A DNA stretch of 64,000 nt from Candidatus Binatia bacterium (GTDB taxonomy: Bacteria; Desulfobacterota; Binatia; UBA12015): positions 77,228 through 141,227 of the forward strand of contig JAQWRY010000011.1 of assembly GCA_029243485.1 (NCBI GenBank), read 5' to 3'. The notes beneath the pieces were generated by a model, which had not been told where the DNA came from, did no database searches, and saw only the letters and a list, made by a program, of their open reading frames with translations. Shown piece after piece: positions 1 to 9,828 of this stretch (position 1 is the first letter of the stretch; the number at the start of each line of letters is the position of its first letter). Position numbers and translations under genes: made by a program.

Positions 1-1053
1 GCGCTGCGCGCGGTAGTGGTCGAGGAGATCGAGGACGTCGTCACAGGCGTCTCCCGCCGCCGGAACGTGATCACCGCCGGCGACCTCGCACGGACGCACC
101 CCTTGGTAGAAGTCCCAGCGCTGATCGATCTCGTCGACGAGGCTCGGCGTCTCGACGAGGCCCCCGGCCTGCTCCGAGTACCAGCGCTCGATTGGACTCC
201 CCGCCATCGGCGCGAGGGTGAGCCGCGTCTGCGGCTTGTCGTCCAGGAAATCCGCGATCCGCCAGAATTGGTACCAGGCTCCGAAACTCCCGGCCGACCC
301 CCCACTCACAACGACCTCGGCCGTGTCGAAGAACGCGGGATCGATCGTGGTCGCGGCCTGCGCGAACCACTGCATCGCTGCCGCGACGTTGTCGTCGCCC
401 GTGTGCGTCACGTGGGCGAGCAGCTGATCGACCTTAAAACTACCCTGCGAGCCACTGACTGCCGCAACCTCCAGACTGGGATAATCTGTCTCGACTTCTG
501 CAACGGTGCTACCGCCATTCAGAAGATCTTCCACTTGCGACACGAGTATATGACTCGAATCGTGTTCGGAGACGGTCGTCATGTCGTACGTCTGCACGTC
601 GGTGCGCCGCCCAACGTGCATGTCTTGGGTGCAGTACGGGAGGACGAGCCAGTGGCCCGGCCCGATGAAGGCGTTGTTGTCCGCGTGGTCCATGAAGAGC
701 CGCTCGGTCGCGGTCGTCTCGGCCGCGACGACGAGGCGCGTATCCATTCCGGCGAGGTTCCGCATCGAGGTATCGACGCTCTCGGAAGGACACGGATTCG
801 CATCCTCGAGGCATTTCGTCGAACCACCGCCTTCGAAGTAGACGGTCGCGCGCCGCTCGGCCGGATTCGGAGCCTGCGAGAAGAACACCGCGTAGGGCGA
901 GCCGTTGCCACAACTCGCTCCCGGAATCTCGACCCGTGAGAACGTGCGCCCGCCCCATCCACCCAGAGGCCAACTCGCGTCCGCGACGACCGGGATGAGG
1001 AGGATGAGGAGGAAGGCATAGGCTTGGGCCAACCGGGGAATCGGGGAGAGCAT
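1..1053 (-). CDS. secreted pectin-acetylesterase/Notum-like (PAE family) serine hydrolase; 3' end truncated by the window edge
   Basis: Own translation of the minus frame from ATG 1053: signal peptide MLSPIPRLAQAYAFLLILLIPVVADA, then YFEGGGSTKC and VVVSGGSAGS resembling the GGGxC and S-G-x-S-A-G motifs of PAE-type esterases. The frame stays open to position 1. Absent from the ORF track because there is no stop inside the window; the listed ORFs 16..939(+) and 579..1325(-) are wrong frames. Confidence 0.5.
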   Translation of the reverse strand, partial: MLSPIPRLAQAYAFLLILLIPVVADASWPLGGWGGRTFSRVEIPGASCGNGSPYAVFFSQAPNPAERRATVYFEGGGSTKCLEDANPCPSESVDTSMRNLAGMDTRLVVAAETTATERLFMDHADNNAFIGPGHWLVLPYCTQDMHVGRRTDVQTYDMTTVSEHDSSHILVSQVEDLLNGGSTVAEVETDYPSLEVAAVSGSQGSFKVDQLLAHVTHTGDDNVAAAMQWFAQAATTIDPAFFDTAEVVVSGGSAGSFGAWYQFWRIADFLDDKPQTRLTLAPMAGSPIERWYSEQAGGLVETPSLVDEIDQRWDFYQGVRPCEVAGGDHVPAAGDACDDVLDLLDHYRAQR

Positions 1054-1095
1054 ACGGGTATGATGAGGTAGCACCCGTCAGGTAAAATCGCAGCG

Positions 1096-1455
1096 ATGAA
1101 GCGAGAAGAGAACGAAGCCGAAACGCGGGACGCCCTTCGCACGATGTGCCCCAAGGTTACAGGCAACCTCGCGCCCGGCGGACGTCTCGTCGCAACGATG
1201 ATCCACCCCCGCATCGCGCTGGACGTGCAGATGGGGATCGAGAAGACCGGGGGCGTCATCGAGCTCTCGGACGGCGGAGAGCGTCGCGACGGCACCGAAG
1301 TGCTCGCCACGAGGGGCGACGACACGGGAACGTACCGCGTACGGAACTTCTTCGGGACGCAGGGGACCTACGAGACCTATCTGCGGGAAGCCGGACTCTC
1401 CGAGGTAAGGTGGCACGGCCTCGCCCTGTCCGACGAGGGGCGTGAGGTGCTCGGC
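1096..1455 (+). pseudogene. C-terminal fragment of a class-I SAM-dependent methyltransferase (gene remnant), in frame with the downstream glutaminyl cyclase ORF
   Basis: LAPGGRLVATMIHP resembles the post-II motif (L-K-P-G-G-R-L) of SAM methyltransferases. Only ~120 coding-like residues, then Pro/Arg/Ala-rich junk translation up to 1599. No N-terminal SAM-binding motifs. Confidence 0.3.
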
Positions 1456-1599
1456 CACGGACGAGCTCCCAGATCCGCTCCCCCCGTCGCAGTGCGCCGG
1501 ATCGACCCCCAATCAGCCGATCGGGCGGATCCGGCCACCCAGCCCGCGCGAATCCCCGGGTTTCGAGCCGCCCCGGAGGGACCTGCTAGAATCCCGCAG

Positions 1600-2379
1600 G
1601 TGTTCCGACTCCTGGCCGCCCTCAGCATCTTGATCGCCACCGCCTGCGGCGCCGGCGACGGCAACGCGGAGCCTCCGAGCGACATCCCGCGGAAGACGCT
1701 CGAGATCGTGCGATCCTACCCGCACGACCGCACGGCCTGGACGCAGGGCCTGCTCCTCGAAGACGGAGCGATGTACGAGAGCACCGGCCTCCGCGGTCGC
1801 TCGACCCTACGCGAAGTCGACCTCGTGACCGGAGGCACGAGGCGCAGCATCGATCTGCCCGCCGGCCTCTTCGCAGAAGGGCTCGCATCCGTTGGAGGGC
1901 AGTTGATCCAGCTCACGTGGACGTCGGGCGTGGCACGCGTCTACGACCGCGCAACCTTCGCGCTCGAGCGCCAGCACTCGTACGCCACGCAGGGCTGGGG
2001 TCTTTGCCACGACGGCGCGCGCCTCGTTATGAGCGACGGAACGAGCACACTCTACTTCCGCGATCCGACGACGTTCGCACGACAGGGCCAGGTCACCGTC
2101 ACGCAAGCCGGCAAGCCTCTCAAACAGCTGAACGAACTCGAGTGCGTCGGTGGGAAGGTCTACGCGAACAAGTGGATGTCGGACTGGATCTACGAGATCG
2201 ACCCACAGAACGGGAACGTCACAGCTGCGATCGATGCGTCAGGCCTTCTCACGGCGACGGAGCGAGCCGAGGCCGACGTCTTGAACGGCATCGCGTACCG
2301 TGCCTCGAGTGATACGTACTTCATCACCGGCAAGTTCTGGCCCAAGCTGTTCGAAGTACGCTTCTCAGCCGCGCGCTAG
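1600..2379 (+). CDS. glutamine cyclotransferase (plant/bacterial beta-propeller type), lipoprotein-type signal peptide
   Basis: IVRSYPHDRTAWTQGLLLEDGAMYESTGLRGRSTLREVDL... matches the PF05096 QC fold. GTG 1600 gives VFRLLAALSILIATACGAG (signal peptide/lipobox). TGCTAGAAT, an extended -10, lies 9 nt upstream, suggesting a leaderless transcript. The ORF-track start at 1096 is an upstream remnant. Confidence 0.75.
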   Translation: MFRLLAALSILIATACGAGDGNAEPPSDIPRKTLEIVRSYPHDRTAWTQGLLLEDGAMYESTGLRGRSTLREVDLVTGGTRRSIDLPAGLFAEGLASVGGQLIQLTWTSGVARVYDRATFALERQHSYATQGWGLCHDGARLVMSDGTSTLYFRDPTTFARQGQVTVTQAGKPLKQLNELECVGGKVYANKWMSDWIYEIDPQNGNVTAAIDASGLLTATERAEADVLNGIAYRASSDTYFITGKFWPKLFEVRFSAAR

Positions 2380-2795
2380 AAAGCGCGCGAGGAGCACGCG
2401 CCCGATTTTCCGTTCGGCTGGCAGGGTTTGTAGTCCGCCGCAGAAGTGGCCGCCCATGCCGCCATCGCTTTTCTCGGTACGTAGACCCCGGTCAGCGGGA
2501 TGAACCCGACATTCTTCTCGACGCCGGCGGTGACCACGTCGATGAACGACACGTACCGATCGAGCGTAAAGACCCCGCCCGGCGACCCCATAAAGGGCGG
2601 GAAGCGGGAGTGGAAGACATAGGGACGCGCCGTGAGATCCCCAACCGGGGGTGCGGGCGCCTCGAGCTCGAAATCCGGAACGATCGTGGGCGCGGCCGCG
2701 CCGTCTCCGCAGGAGGCGACTACACCGAGAATCACGACCAGCATGGTTCGAACGAGCGCTCGGTTCACGGTTCGTAAGCCATTGAGAAACCACAT
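2376..2795 (-). CDS. hypothetical lipoprotein
   Basis: Internal Met of ORF 2376..2900 gives MWFLNGLRTVNRALVRTMLVVILGVVASCGDG (lipobox VASC). Stop overlaps the convergent QC stop. Confidence 0.45.
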   Translation of the reverse strand: MWFLNGLRTVNRALVRTMLVVILGVVASCGDGAAAPTIVPDFELEAPAPPVGDLTARPYVFHSRFPPFMGSPGGVFTLDRYVSFIDVVTAGVEKNVGFIPLTGVYVPRKAMAAWAATSAADYKPCQPNGKSGACSSRAF

Positions 2796-2890
2796 GTTCT
2801 CGTCCCCCCTATGCTTCTCATCCGCTCCACCGAAGGCGGGCATTACAGGACCTCGTTGCCGAGCGGAACCGCCCGGCATACGACTGCGTC

Positions 2891-4522
2891 GTGGCAGCAT
2901 TCAGCGCATGCGAAAGATCGGGCCGGTGGCTCGCCGTCGTCGGTATTCTCGCCCTCGGGGCCTGCTCCTCGAGTGGCCAGGACGACTCGGGGGGGCCCAC
3001 CGAACCGCCGGAGGTCACCGTATCCCCGGCGCCGGCGCCCTCCCCCATCGCCACCGAAGTACCTGGGCGACCCGACGACCTGGTCCCGCCGGAGGTGTCG
3101 ACGTTCGCAGACGACTGGCCGCTGCCCGGTCGCGACTACCGAAACTCCCGCGCCACGACCAACTCCACCATCGACTCGTCGACGGTCGCGAGCCTCGGCA
3201 TCGCATGGGAGGTTCCCCTCCCGGGAAGCGGCGCGTACGGTAACGCGTCGACGACGCCGCTCGTCTTCGGCGACTCCGTCTACATTCAGGATCTCTCCAG
3301 CAACGTAACGGCGATCGTTCGGACAACAGGCGCGGTGCGTTGGAAACGCGAGTTCAACCGCTTCGTGATCGGCCCCAACGGCGTCGCGGTCGGCTGGGGG
3401 CTCTTGTACGGGGTCGAAGGCACGGACGATCTTTTCGCACTCAATCTCGTCGACGGGACGGAGGTCTGGCGCCGAAGGCTCACCCGCACGAATACCGACG
3501 GCGTCGACATTCAACCGACCGTCTTCGCACGAAAAGTGTACGCGAGTACGGTCCCGGTCAGCCTCCAGGGCATCTACGCCGGCGGCGACCGCGGAATCCT
3601 GCAGGCGAGGGACGTCGAGAGTGGCACGATCGCGTGGGAGTTCGACACGATCGCCTCGGACGACATCTGGGGCGAGCCCGACGTGAACTCCGGCGGCGGC
3701 TCGTGGTTCCCACCCGCGATCGACGTCGACTCGCGCCGGATGTTCTGGGGCGTTGCGAATCCCGCACCGTTCCCCGGCACGCCGGACTTCCCCAACGGCT
3801 CGAGCCGCCCCGGCCCCAACCTCTACACCAACTCCATCCTCACACTCAGCGCGACGAACGGCGCGATGCAGTGGTACCACCAGGTCACGCCACACGACCT
3901 CTTCGACCGAGACCTCATCCACACGCTCCTCGTCGACGTCGAAATCGACGACGAGACATCAACCTGCGTCGTAGGAACCGGCAAGGCGGGTCTCGTCCTC
4001 GGACTCGACCCCGAGACCGGCGAGGTGCTGTGGGAGACGCCGGTCGGCCGGCACGAGAACGACGATCTCCTCGAACTCGACGGGCCGACCGAGGTCTGGC
4101 CGGGAACTTACGGTGGAGTGCTCACCCCGCCCTCCGCGGCCGACGGGGTCGTCTACGTCGCGACCCTGAACGCGCCGAACCGACTCGAACCGGATCGTCC
4201 CTCCTACATCGGCTCCGAGCTGGGAACGGCGCCCGGGCAGATAATCGCGATCGGCGCCGATGACGGTCGCATTCTGTGGGACGTGGAAGTCGACGGCGAT
4301 CCCCTCGGCGGAACGACGGTCGTGAACGACCTCGTGTTCACCGCGACGTTCCAGGGCCGCATCTACGCACTCGACCGCGCAACCGGCGACGTCGTCCACA
4401 CCATCGAAGCACCCGGCGGGATCAACGGCTGGCCCGCGGTCGTCGGCGACGATCTCCTCTGGCCCGTCGGCCTGGCGAACCCGCCTCGGCTCGTCGCGTA
4501 TCGGATCGGCGCCGGCTCCTGA
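2891..4522 (+). CDS. PQQ-repeat beta-propeller lipoprotein (BamB/PQQ-enzyme-repeat like)
   Basis: Lipobox LALGACSSSG. Repeated A-x-D-x-x-T-G-x-x-x-W motifs (GAVRWK, GTEVWR, GTIAWE, GEVLWE, GRILWD) typical of PQQ beta-propeller blades. Confidence 0.7.
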   Translation: MAAFSACERSGRWLAVVGILALGACSSSGQDDSGGPTEPPEVTVSPAPAPSPIATEVPGRPDDLVPPEVSTFADDWPLPGRDYRNSRATTNSTIDSSTVASLGIAWEVPLPGSGAYGNASTTPLVFGDSVYIQDLSSNVTAIVRTTGAVRWKREFNRFVIGPNGVAVGWGLLYGVEGTDDLFALNLVDGTEVWRRRLTRTNTDGVDIQPTVFARKVYASTVPVSLQGIYAGGDRGILQARDVESGTIAWEFDTIASDDIWGEPDVNSGGGSWFPPAIDVDSRRMFWGVANPAPFPGTPDFPNGSSRPGPNLYTNSILTLSATNGAMQWYHQVTPHDLFDRDLIHTLLVDVEIDDETSTCVVGTGKAGLVLGLDPETGEVLWETPVGRHENDDLLELDGPTEVWPGTYGGVLTPPSAADGVVYVATLNAPNRLEPDRPSYIGSELGTAPGQIIAIGADDGRILWDVEVDGDPLGGTTVVNDLVFTATFQGRIYALDRATGDVVHTIEAPGGINGWPAVVGDDLLWPVGLANPPRLVAYRIGAGS

Positions 4523-4579
4523 GACCGATCTGCTCTCGGCCTTTGCGCGCCCGGCCGCCCGTGTATAGCTTCCGCTCAG

Positions 4580-5260
4580 ATGGCCGAGCGAATCCTCGTA
4601 GTCGACGACGAGCCTGATCTTCTCGAACTCGTTCGGGTGAACCTCGCTCAAGAGGGGTTTCGAGTGGACCTCGCCAGCTCGGGTCGGGTGGCTCTCGCAG
4701 AGCTCCGCCGGGCGAAGCCCGACCTCGTCGTTCTCGACCTCATGCTGCCCGACATCTCGGGCACTGACCTCTGCCGCAGAATCCGCGCCGACCCGGACCT
4801 GTCCGAGACCCCGATCATCATCCTGACTGCGAAGGCCGACGAGGTCGACCGCGTCGTCGGCTTCGAGGTCGGCGCCGACGACTACGTGACGAAGCCATTC
4901 AGTCCCCGCGAGCTGGTCCTACGCGTGCGCGCAGTTCTGCGTCGAAAGAGCGGACCGTCGGAACCGCAGGGGTCGGTCGAAGCCGGCCCTCTGATGCTCG
5001 ACCCCAAACGCCATCGCTGCTTCGTCAGCGGTGAGGAGATCATCCTCACCGCGAAGGAATTCGATCTCCTGCACACTCTGATGCGCAACCCGGGCCGAGT
5101 CCTCACGCGGGAACACCTGCTCGATCGGGTGTGGGGCTCGGACGTCGTAGTCACGACGCGCACGATCGATACGCACCTGAAGCGGCTCCGCGAGAAGCTC
5201 GGCGCCGGTGGAGAGCTGGTCGAAACGGTCCGTGGAGTCGGGTACCGCTTCGCGGAGTGA
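4580..5260 (+). CDS. OmpR/PhoB-family response regulator (PhoB-like)
   Basis: Receiver with VVDDE...LDLMLPD...TAK. Winged-helix domain with TKPFSPRELVLRV...RTIDTHLKRLREKL...VRGVGYRF, near-identical in pattern to E. coli PhoB. Confidence 0.85.
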   Translation: MAERILVVDDEPDLLELVRVNLAQEGFRVDLASSGRVALAELRRAKPDLVVLDLMLPDISGTDLCRRIRADPDLSETPIIILTAKADEVDRVVGFEVGADDYVTKPFSPRELVLRVRAVLRRKSGPSEPQGSVEAGPLMLDPKRHRCFVSGEEIILTAKEFDLLHTLMRNPGRVLTREHLLDRVWGSDVVVTTRTIDTHLKRLREKLGAGGELVETVRGVGYRFAE

Positions 5261-5278
5261 GCCCGGCGAACCCCTCCG

Positions 5279-7057
5279 ATGCCGACTCTGCAACTAAAAC
5301 TCACCGCAGCGCTCACCGCGCTCATCCTGTTCGTGAGCCTCCTCTCGGGCGTTCTTCTCGAGCGGGGCCTGCGGGAACGCGAGACCAAGCGCATCGAGCG
5401 CTCCCTCAGCGAACGCCTGGCCCTCGTCGAGCAACTGACGGGGACGACCACGTTCGGAGCCGCGCGGAGCGCGGAACTGGATGCCATCGCCGACCGCGCC
5501 GCCGCCGCGGCCGACGCCCGCGTGACGTTCATCACGCCCGAGGGCCTGGTCGTCGGCGACTCCGAGGTCGCTCTCGACCGGCTTCCCATGGTCGACAATC
5601 ACGCCGACCGGCCCGAGGTTCGCGCGGCGCTACGCGGGAAGATCGGGCAGGACGCACGCCGCAGCGGAACCATCGGGCGGCAACTCTTCTATCTCGCCGC
5701 GCCTCGTCAGCAGGGGAAGGGCGTCGTCCGGCTGGCCGTAGACATCTCCAATCTAGACGATGCAGTCTGGGATCTGCGGCGCGAGTTGATCACGGCGACG
5801 GCCGTCGGTTTGATCGCCGCGTTTGCCCTCTCGTTCGTCCTGTCGTGGTTGACGCTCCGTCCCCTCACGGAGATGCGCCGCGTGGCCGCATCCATCGCCG
5901 GCGGGGACCTGGAAACCCGTCTCCCTCTCCGCGTGAGCGACGAACTCGGTGACATTTCCGACGCCATCAATCGGATGGCCGAGCAACTCCGAACACAGCT
6001 CGACGAGACGACGGGAGAGAAGGAACGGCTCGACGCCGTCTTAAACGCGATGGTGGAGGGCGTTCTCGTCGTCGATGCCGGCGGCGAGCTTCTCCTCGCA
6101 AACGACCGACTCCGTCAGATCTTCGACGCGCGAGGGCCTCTGCGTGGGCGACCGCCACTCGAAATCGTTCGTAACGCAGACTTCGAGCAGCTCCTCGTCG
6201 ACGCGAGCGCCACCGACGATCCGGTGTCCTGCGACATCCAGGTCGGCGGACCCATCACACGCGAGTTGCGCGTTCAGGCCGTGCGGTTCCCTTCGGGTGA
6301 CGTTCCGCGCGTGGGAACAGTCGCCGTGTTCCACGACATGACGGAACTCCGTCGTCTCGAACAGATACGACAAGACTTTGTGGCGAACGCGTCGCACGAG
6401 CTTCGGACTCCGCTCGCGGCGGTCCAGGGGTTCACCGAGACGCTCCTTCGTGCCCCGCAGCTCTCGGAGGAGGACAAACACTCCTATCTCGGTATCATCG
6501 AGCGCCACGCACTGCGGCTCGGCAAGCTGGTGGACGATCTCCTCATTCTGTCTCGCGCCGAAAGCGACGCCGCGAACCTCGAATTCGTCGAGGTCGACAT
6601 CGCCTCGGTGGCCCAGGCTCTCGTGAACGACGCCAAGCGGCGCCCGGACGCAGCCGAGGTCACGCTCCGGCTGGTTGAAGGCGCCCCCGCGAAGGCGTGG
6701 GCCGAGCGCCAGAGCGTCGAGCAGGTCCTCACGAACCTCATCGACAACGCCATCAAGTACACCGAGCCCGGCGGGCGGGTAGAGGTCCGGGTAGAGCCGT
6801 CGGAAGCCTGGGTGGAGGCTCGGGTCTCCGATACCGGCCTCGGCATTCCCGAGCAGGATCTCGCCCGGATCTTCGAACGCTTCTACCGTGTCGACAAGGC
6901 CCGATCCCGCGAGATGGGCGGCACCGGGCTCGGCCTCTCGATCGTTCGGCACCTGGTGCAGCGGATGGGCGGCGACATCGCGGTCGACAGTGAGCTCGGC
7001 AAGGGATCCACGTTCTCGTTCCGGCTCCCACGAAAACCCCCGGCCGGGACCTCCTGA
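5279..7057 (+). CDS. sensor histidine kinase (PhoR-like: periplasmic domain, TM, HAMP, PAS, HisKA, HATPase_c)
   Basis: H-box NASHELRTPLAAVQGF, N-box LTNLIDNAIKYT, G-boxes DTGLGIP / GTGLGLSIV. TM helix LITATAVGLIAAFALSFVLSWL followed by a HAMP-like segment. 18 nt downstream of the RR. Confidence 0.85.
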   Translation: MPTLQLKLTAALTALILFVSLLSGVLLERGLRERETKRIERSLSERLALVEQLTGTTTFGAARSAELDAIADRAAAAADARVTFITPEGLVVGDSEVALDRLPMVDNHADRPEVRAALRGKIGQDARRSGTIGRQLFYLAAPRQQGKGVVRLAVDISNLDDAVWDLRRELITATAVGLIAAFALSFVLSWLTLRPLTEMRRVAASIAGGDLETRLPLRVSDELGDISDAINRMAEQLRTQLDETTGEKERLDAVLNAMVEGVLVVDAGGELLLANDRLRQIFDARGPLRGRPPLEIVRNADFEQLLVDASATDDPVSCDIQVGGPITRELRVQAVRFPSGDVPRVGTVAVFHDMTELRRLEQIRQDFVANASHELRTPLAAVQGFTETLLRAPQLSEEDKHSYLGIIERHALRLGKLVDDLLILSRAESDAANLEFVEVDIASVAQALVNDAKRRPDAAEVTLRLVEGAPAKAWAERQSVEQVLTNLIDNAIKYTEPGGRVEVRVEPSEAWVEARVSDTGLGIPEQDLARIFERFYRVDKARSREMGGTGLGLSIVRHLVQRMGGDIAVDSELGKGSTFSFRLPRKPPAGTS

Positions 7058-7189
7058 GCGCGTAGCCGATCACGCGACAAGCATCGCCGAATCCGTGATT
7101 CTGGTCGCCGGGGCTCACAGCGTGAAGCACTCGATGACCCTACCGACGGACATGGTTCTTCGACCGCTCTTGGCGTAAGGAGGAGCACC

Positions 7190-8011
7190 ATGTCCGTCGA
7201 CGCGTACCTCGAACGAATCGCCTACACCGGCCCGACGAGCCCCACCCTGGAGACGCTCATCGGCGTTCACCGCGCCCACATGGACGCGGTGCCGTACGAG
7301 AACCTCGCGATCCATCTCGGAGGCGAGAACACCCTCGTCGAAGCCGACTTCGTCCAGAAGATCGTCACGAGGCGACGCGGTGGCTGGTGCTACGAGATGA
7401 ACGGACTGCTCACCTGGGCGCTGCGCGAGATGGGCTTCGATATCACCCGTGCGTCCGCAGCCGCCGGCCGAGCGCTGATCGGCGACGACGCGGACGACAA
7501 CCACCTGATCGCCTTCGCGGATCTCGACCGCCGGTGGGTGGTCGACGTCGGACTCGGGGACGGGCCGAGCGAACCGTTCCCTCTCGAGGAACGCAGCTGG
7601 TCGGAGGGACCACTCGAGTTCCGACTGGAGCGCCTCGACGGCCCGTGGTGGCGCTTTCACAACCACCAGACCGGCCTGGCGCTCTCGTGCGACTTCACCG
7701 AAGAGCCCCGCGAACTGCCGTCGTTCCAGAAGGTGTGCACGATGCTCCAGACCGAGGACGATTCGATCTTCCGCATCTTCGCGCTGGTGATTCGCCGCAC
7801 GCCGGGTGGATTTCGCGCCCTTCGCGACATCACGTGGATCGAAGCCGTCGACAACGAGAAGCAGGAGCACGAGATCACGTCGGTCGAGGAGTATCGAGAG
7901 CGACTGACGGGACTCATCGGCCACTCGCTGGGCGCCGATGCCGACACCCTGTGGCGCGACGCCTCCGCGCGCGCGAAGAAGCGCGCCGACGACACCGCGA
8001 AGACGAAGTGA
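7190..8011 (+). CDS. nat: arylamine N-acetyltransferase
   Basis: RRRGGWCYEMNGLL contains the NAT catalytic Cys motif (RGG-x-C). N-terminal YLERIAYTGP...LETL typical of NAT. Strong SD AAGGAGGAGCACC before the ATG. Confidence 0.8.
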   Translation: MSVDAYLERIAYTGPTSPTLETLIGVHRAHMDAVPYENLAIHLGGENTLVEADFVQKIVTRRRGGWCYEMNGLLTWALREMGFDITRASAAAGRALIGDDADDNHLIAFADLDRRWVVDVGLGDGPSEPFPLEERSWSEGPLEFRLERLDGPWWRFHNHQTGLALSCDFTEEPRELPSFQKVCTMLQTEDDSIFRIFALVIRRTPGGFRALRDITWIEAVDNEKQEHEITSVEEYRERLTGLIGHSLGADADTLWRDASARAKKRADDTAKTK

Positions 8012-9777
8012 GCGCGCCCAGCCTCGGGGAACTCGTGGAGATGGCCGGCGCCGTCTGGCCAATTCTCCAAAACGCGATCACCTCGGGCCGACTCTTCCGG
8101 CCTCAGTGCCACCTGACCGACCCGGACCCCGACATCCTCTGCGAATGGGACGTCCGAATCCCGCTCGCCGATGGCACGCACGTCACCGCGAACGTGTTCC
8201 GTTCGAAGAGTGCGGCCGCCCGCGGCGAGAAGGTGCCGGTCGTGATGTGCGCGCATCCTTACGACAACCACTTGATTCCGGCGCTCGGGAAGACGCCCCT
8301 CGGCGGCCCCCCGCAGCAGTACCGGCTCATCCCGCAGGAAGACGCGCCCACCTTTTCGACGCTGACGAGCTGGGAGGCGCCCGATCCCAACTTTTGGGTG
8401 CGCGCGGGCTACGCCGTGGTCAACATGAACATGCCCGGCTACGCGAACAGCGGCGGCCGACCGACGCTCTTCTCGGCGTCGCAGACCGAGGCGTTCGGCG
8501 AGGCGATCGACTGGGTGGGGACTCGCGAGTGGTGCACCGGCAAGGTCGGGCTAAGCGGCGTGAGCTACCTCGCGATCAGCCAGTACGCCGTGGCCGCCGG
8601 CCAGACCTCGCGCGGCGTTCCGTCGTGTCTGCGCGCAATCAGTCCATGGGAGGGCATCTCGAACCTCTTCCAGGACATGTTCCGCGAAGGAGGGGTTGCC
8701 GAGACCGGCTTTCCCGTCTTCTGGTGGCACACCGAGGTGCGACCGACGATCAACTGCAGCGTCGAAGAGTTCGGCGCGAGCGAGGGCCACCTGCCGCAGG
8801 AAGTCGCAGAGGCCCATCCATTCTACGACGACTACTGGCGCGCGAAGGTCCCCGCCCTGGAAGCGATCGACCTCCCGATGCTGATCTGCGCGAGCTTCTC
8901 CGATCAGGGGCTGCACTCCCGCGGGAGCCTCCGCGCCTTTCGAAAGGCACGCTCGGCTCAGAAGTGGCTCTACACGCATCGCCGCCTGAAGTGGGACTCG
9001 TACTACTCAGACGAAGTTCTGGGACTTACGCGCGCCTTCTTCGATTGCTTCCTGAAGGACGACACCGAGAACGGGTTCCTCGACCAGGCGCCCGTCCGGC
9101 TCGAAATCCGCTCGTCGCGCGAGACCATCCACGAAGTTCGTGAGGAGCAAGAGTGGCCGATCGCACGCACGTCGTACCGCCGGCTCTACCTGGCAAGCGA
9201 GGAACTGACGGAGGCCGCCGTGCCGAAGGAGTCCGAGCTGATCTACGACGCTCGGACGGGCCAACTTCGCCTACGCTTCGCGTTCACCGAAGACACCGAG
9301 CTCACCGGCTACATGAAGCTCCGACTGTGGGTCGAGGCGCGCTCCGACGGGACCGAACCGACACCGGACGACATGATCCTCTTCGCGGGGGTCGAGAAAA
9401 TCGACGGCCACGGGCAGAAGGTCCGCTTCTACGGCTCTGTCGGGAACCACGCCGACATCATGACGCGGGGTCTGCTGGCCGTTTCCCGACGCAAGCTCGA
9501 CCGGGCGCAGTCGACGAGGTGGGAACCGGTCCTAAAGAACGACCAGGATGAGAAGCTCCAGGCGGGACAGATCGTATCCGTCGAGATCGCGCTGAACGCG
9601 AGCAGCACGTTCTTCGCCGCCGGCGAGGGAATCGAACTCATCGTGTCTCCCACGGAGATCGTGCCCTCGCCGCCCTTTCGCAAGGATGCGCGTACCAATC
9701 GCGGGGTCCACGTGATCTACTTGGGTGGACGGTACGACTCGCACCTGCTGATCCCGGTCGTCCCCGCGACTCATTGA
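8008..9777 (+). CDS. CocE/NonD-family (S15 X-Pro dipeptidyl-peptidase-like) alpha/beta hydrolase
   Basis: Nucleophile elbow GLSGVSYLAISQ. The size and C-terminal beta-sandwich region fit CocE/NonD. Start taken at GTG 8008 (overlapping the NAT stop) or ATG 8041; the ORF-track start at 7387 overlaps NAT and is rejected. Confidence 0.7.
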   Translation: MSAPSLGELVEMAGAVWPILQNAITSGRLFRPQCHLTDPDPDILCEWDVRIPLADGTHVTANVFRSKSAAARGEKVPVVMCAHPYDNHLIPALGKTPLGGPPQQYRLIPQEDAPTFSTLTSWEAPDPNFWVRAGYAVVNMNMPGYANSGGRPTLFSASQTEAFGEAIDWVGTREWCTGKVGLSGVSYLAISQYAVAAGQTSRGVPSCLRAISPWEGISNLFQDMFREGGVAETGFPVFWWHTEVRPTINCSVEEFGASEGHLPQEVAEAHPFYDDYWRAKVPALEAIDLPMLICASFSDQGLHSRGSLRAFRKARSAQKWLYTHRRLKWDSYYSDEVLGLTRAFFDCFLKDDTENGFLDQAPVRLEIRSSRETIHEVREEQEWPIARTSYRRLYLASEELTEAAVPKESELIYDARTGQLRLRFAFTEDTELTGYMKLRLWVEARSDGTEPTPDDMILFAGVEKIDGHGQKVRFYGSVGNHADIMTRGLLAVSRRKLDRAQSTRWEPVLKNDQDEKLQAGQIVSVEIALNASSTFFAAGEGIELIVSPTEIVPSPPFRKDARTNRGVHVIYLGGRYDSHLLIPVVPATH

Positions 9778-9828
9778 GAGGCGAACCCCGGGTCGGCTGC
9801 GGGAGAGCCGGCCTTCGACGGGAGAGAA

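Noticed and set aside
16-1325. ORFs 16..939(+) and 579..1325(-)
   Set aside because: Both are Arg/Pro-rich alternative frames of the edge-truncated PAE-like esterase gene read from ATG 1053 on the minus strand.
2383-2412. GC hairpin GCGCG-AGGAGCA-CGCGC followed by CGATTTTCC, considered as a terminator
   Set aside because: It lies inside the 3' coding end of the convergent lipoprotein gene (2376..2795), and the stem is only 5 bp. Not reported as an independent terminator.
7387-8007. N-terminal extension of the 796-aa ORF
   Set aside because: Overlaps the NAT gene out of frame and is Arg/Pro-rich. The hydrolase domain begins after 8008.
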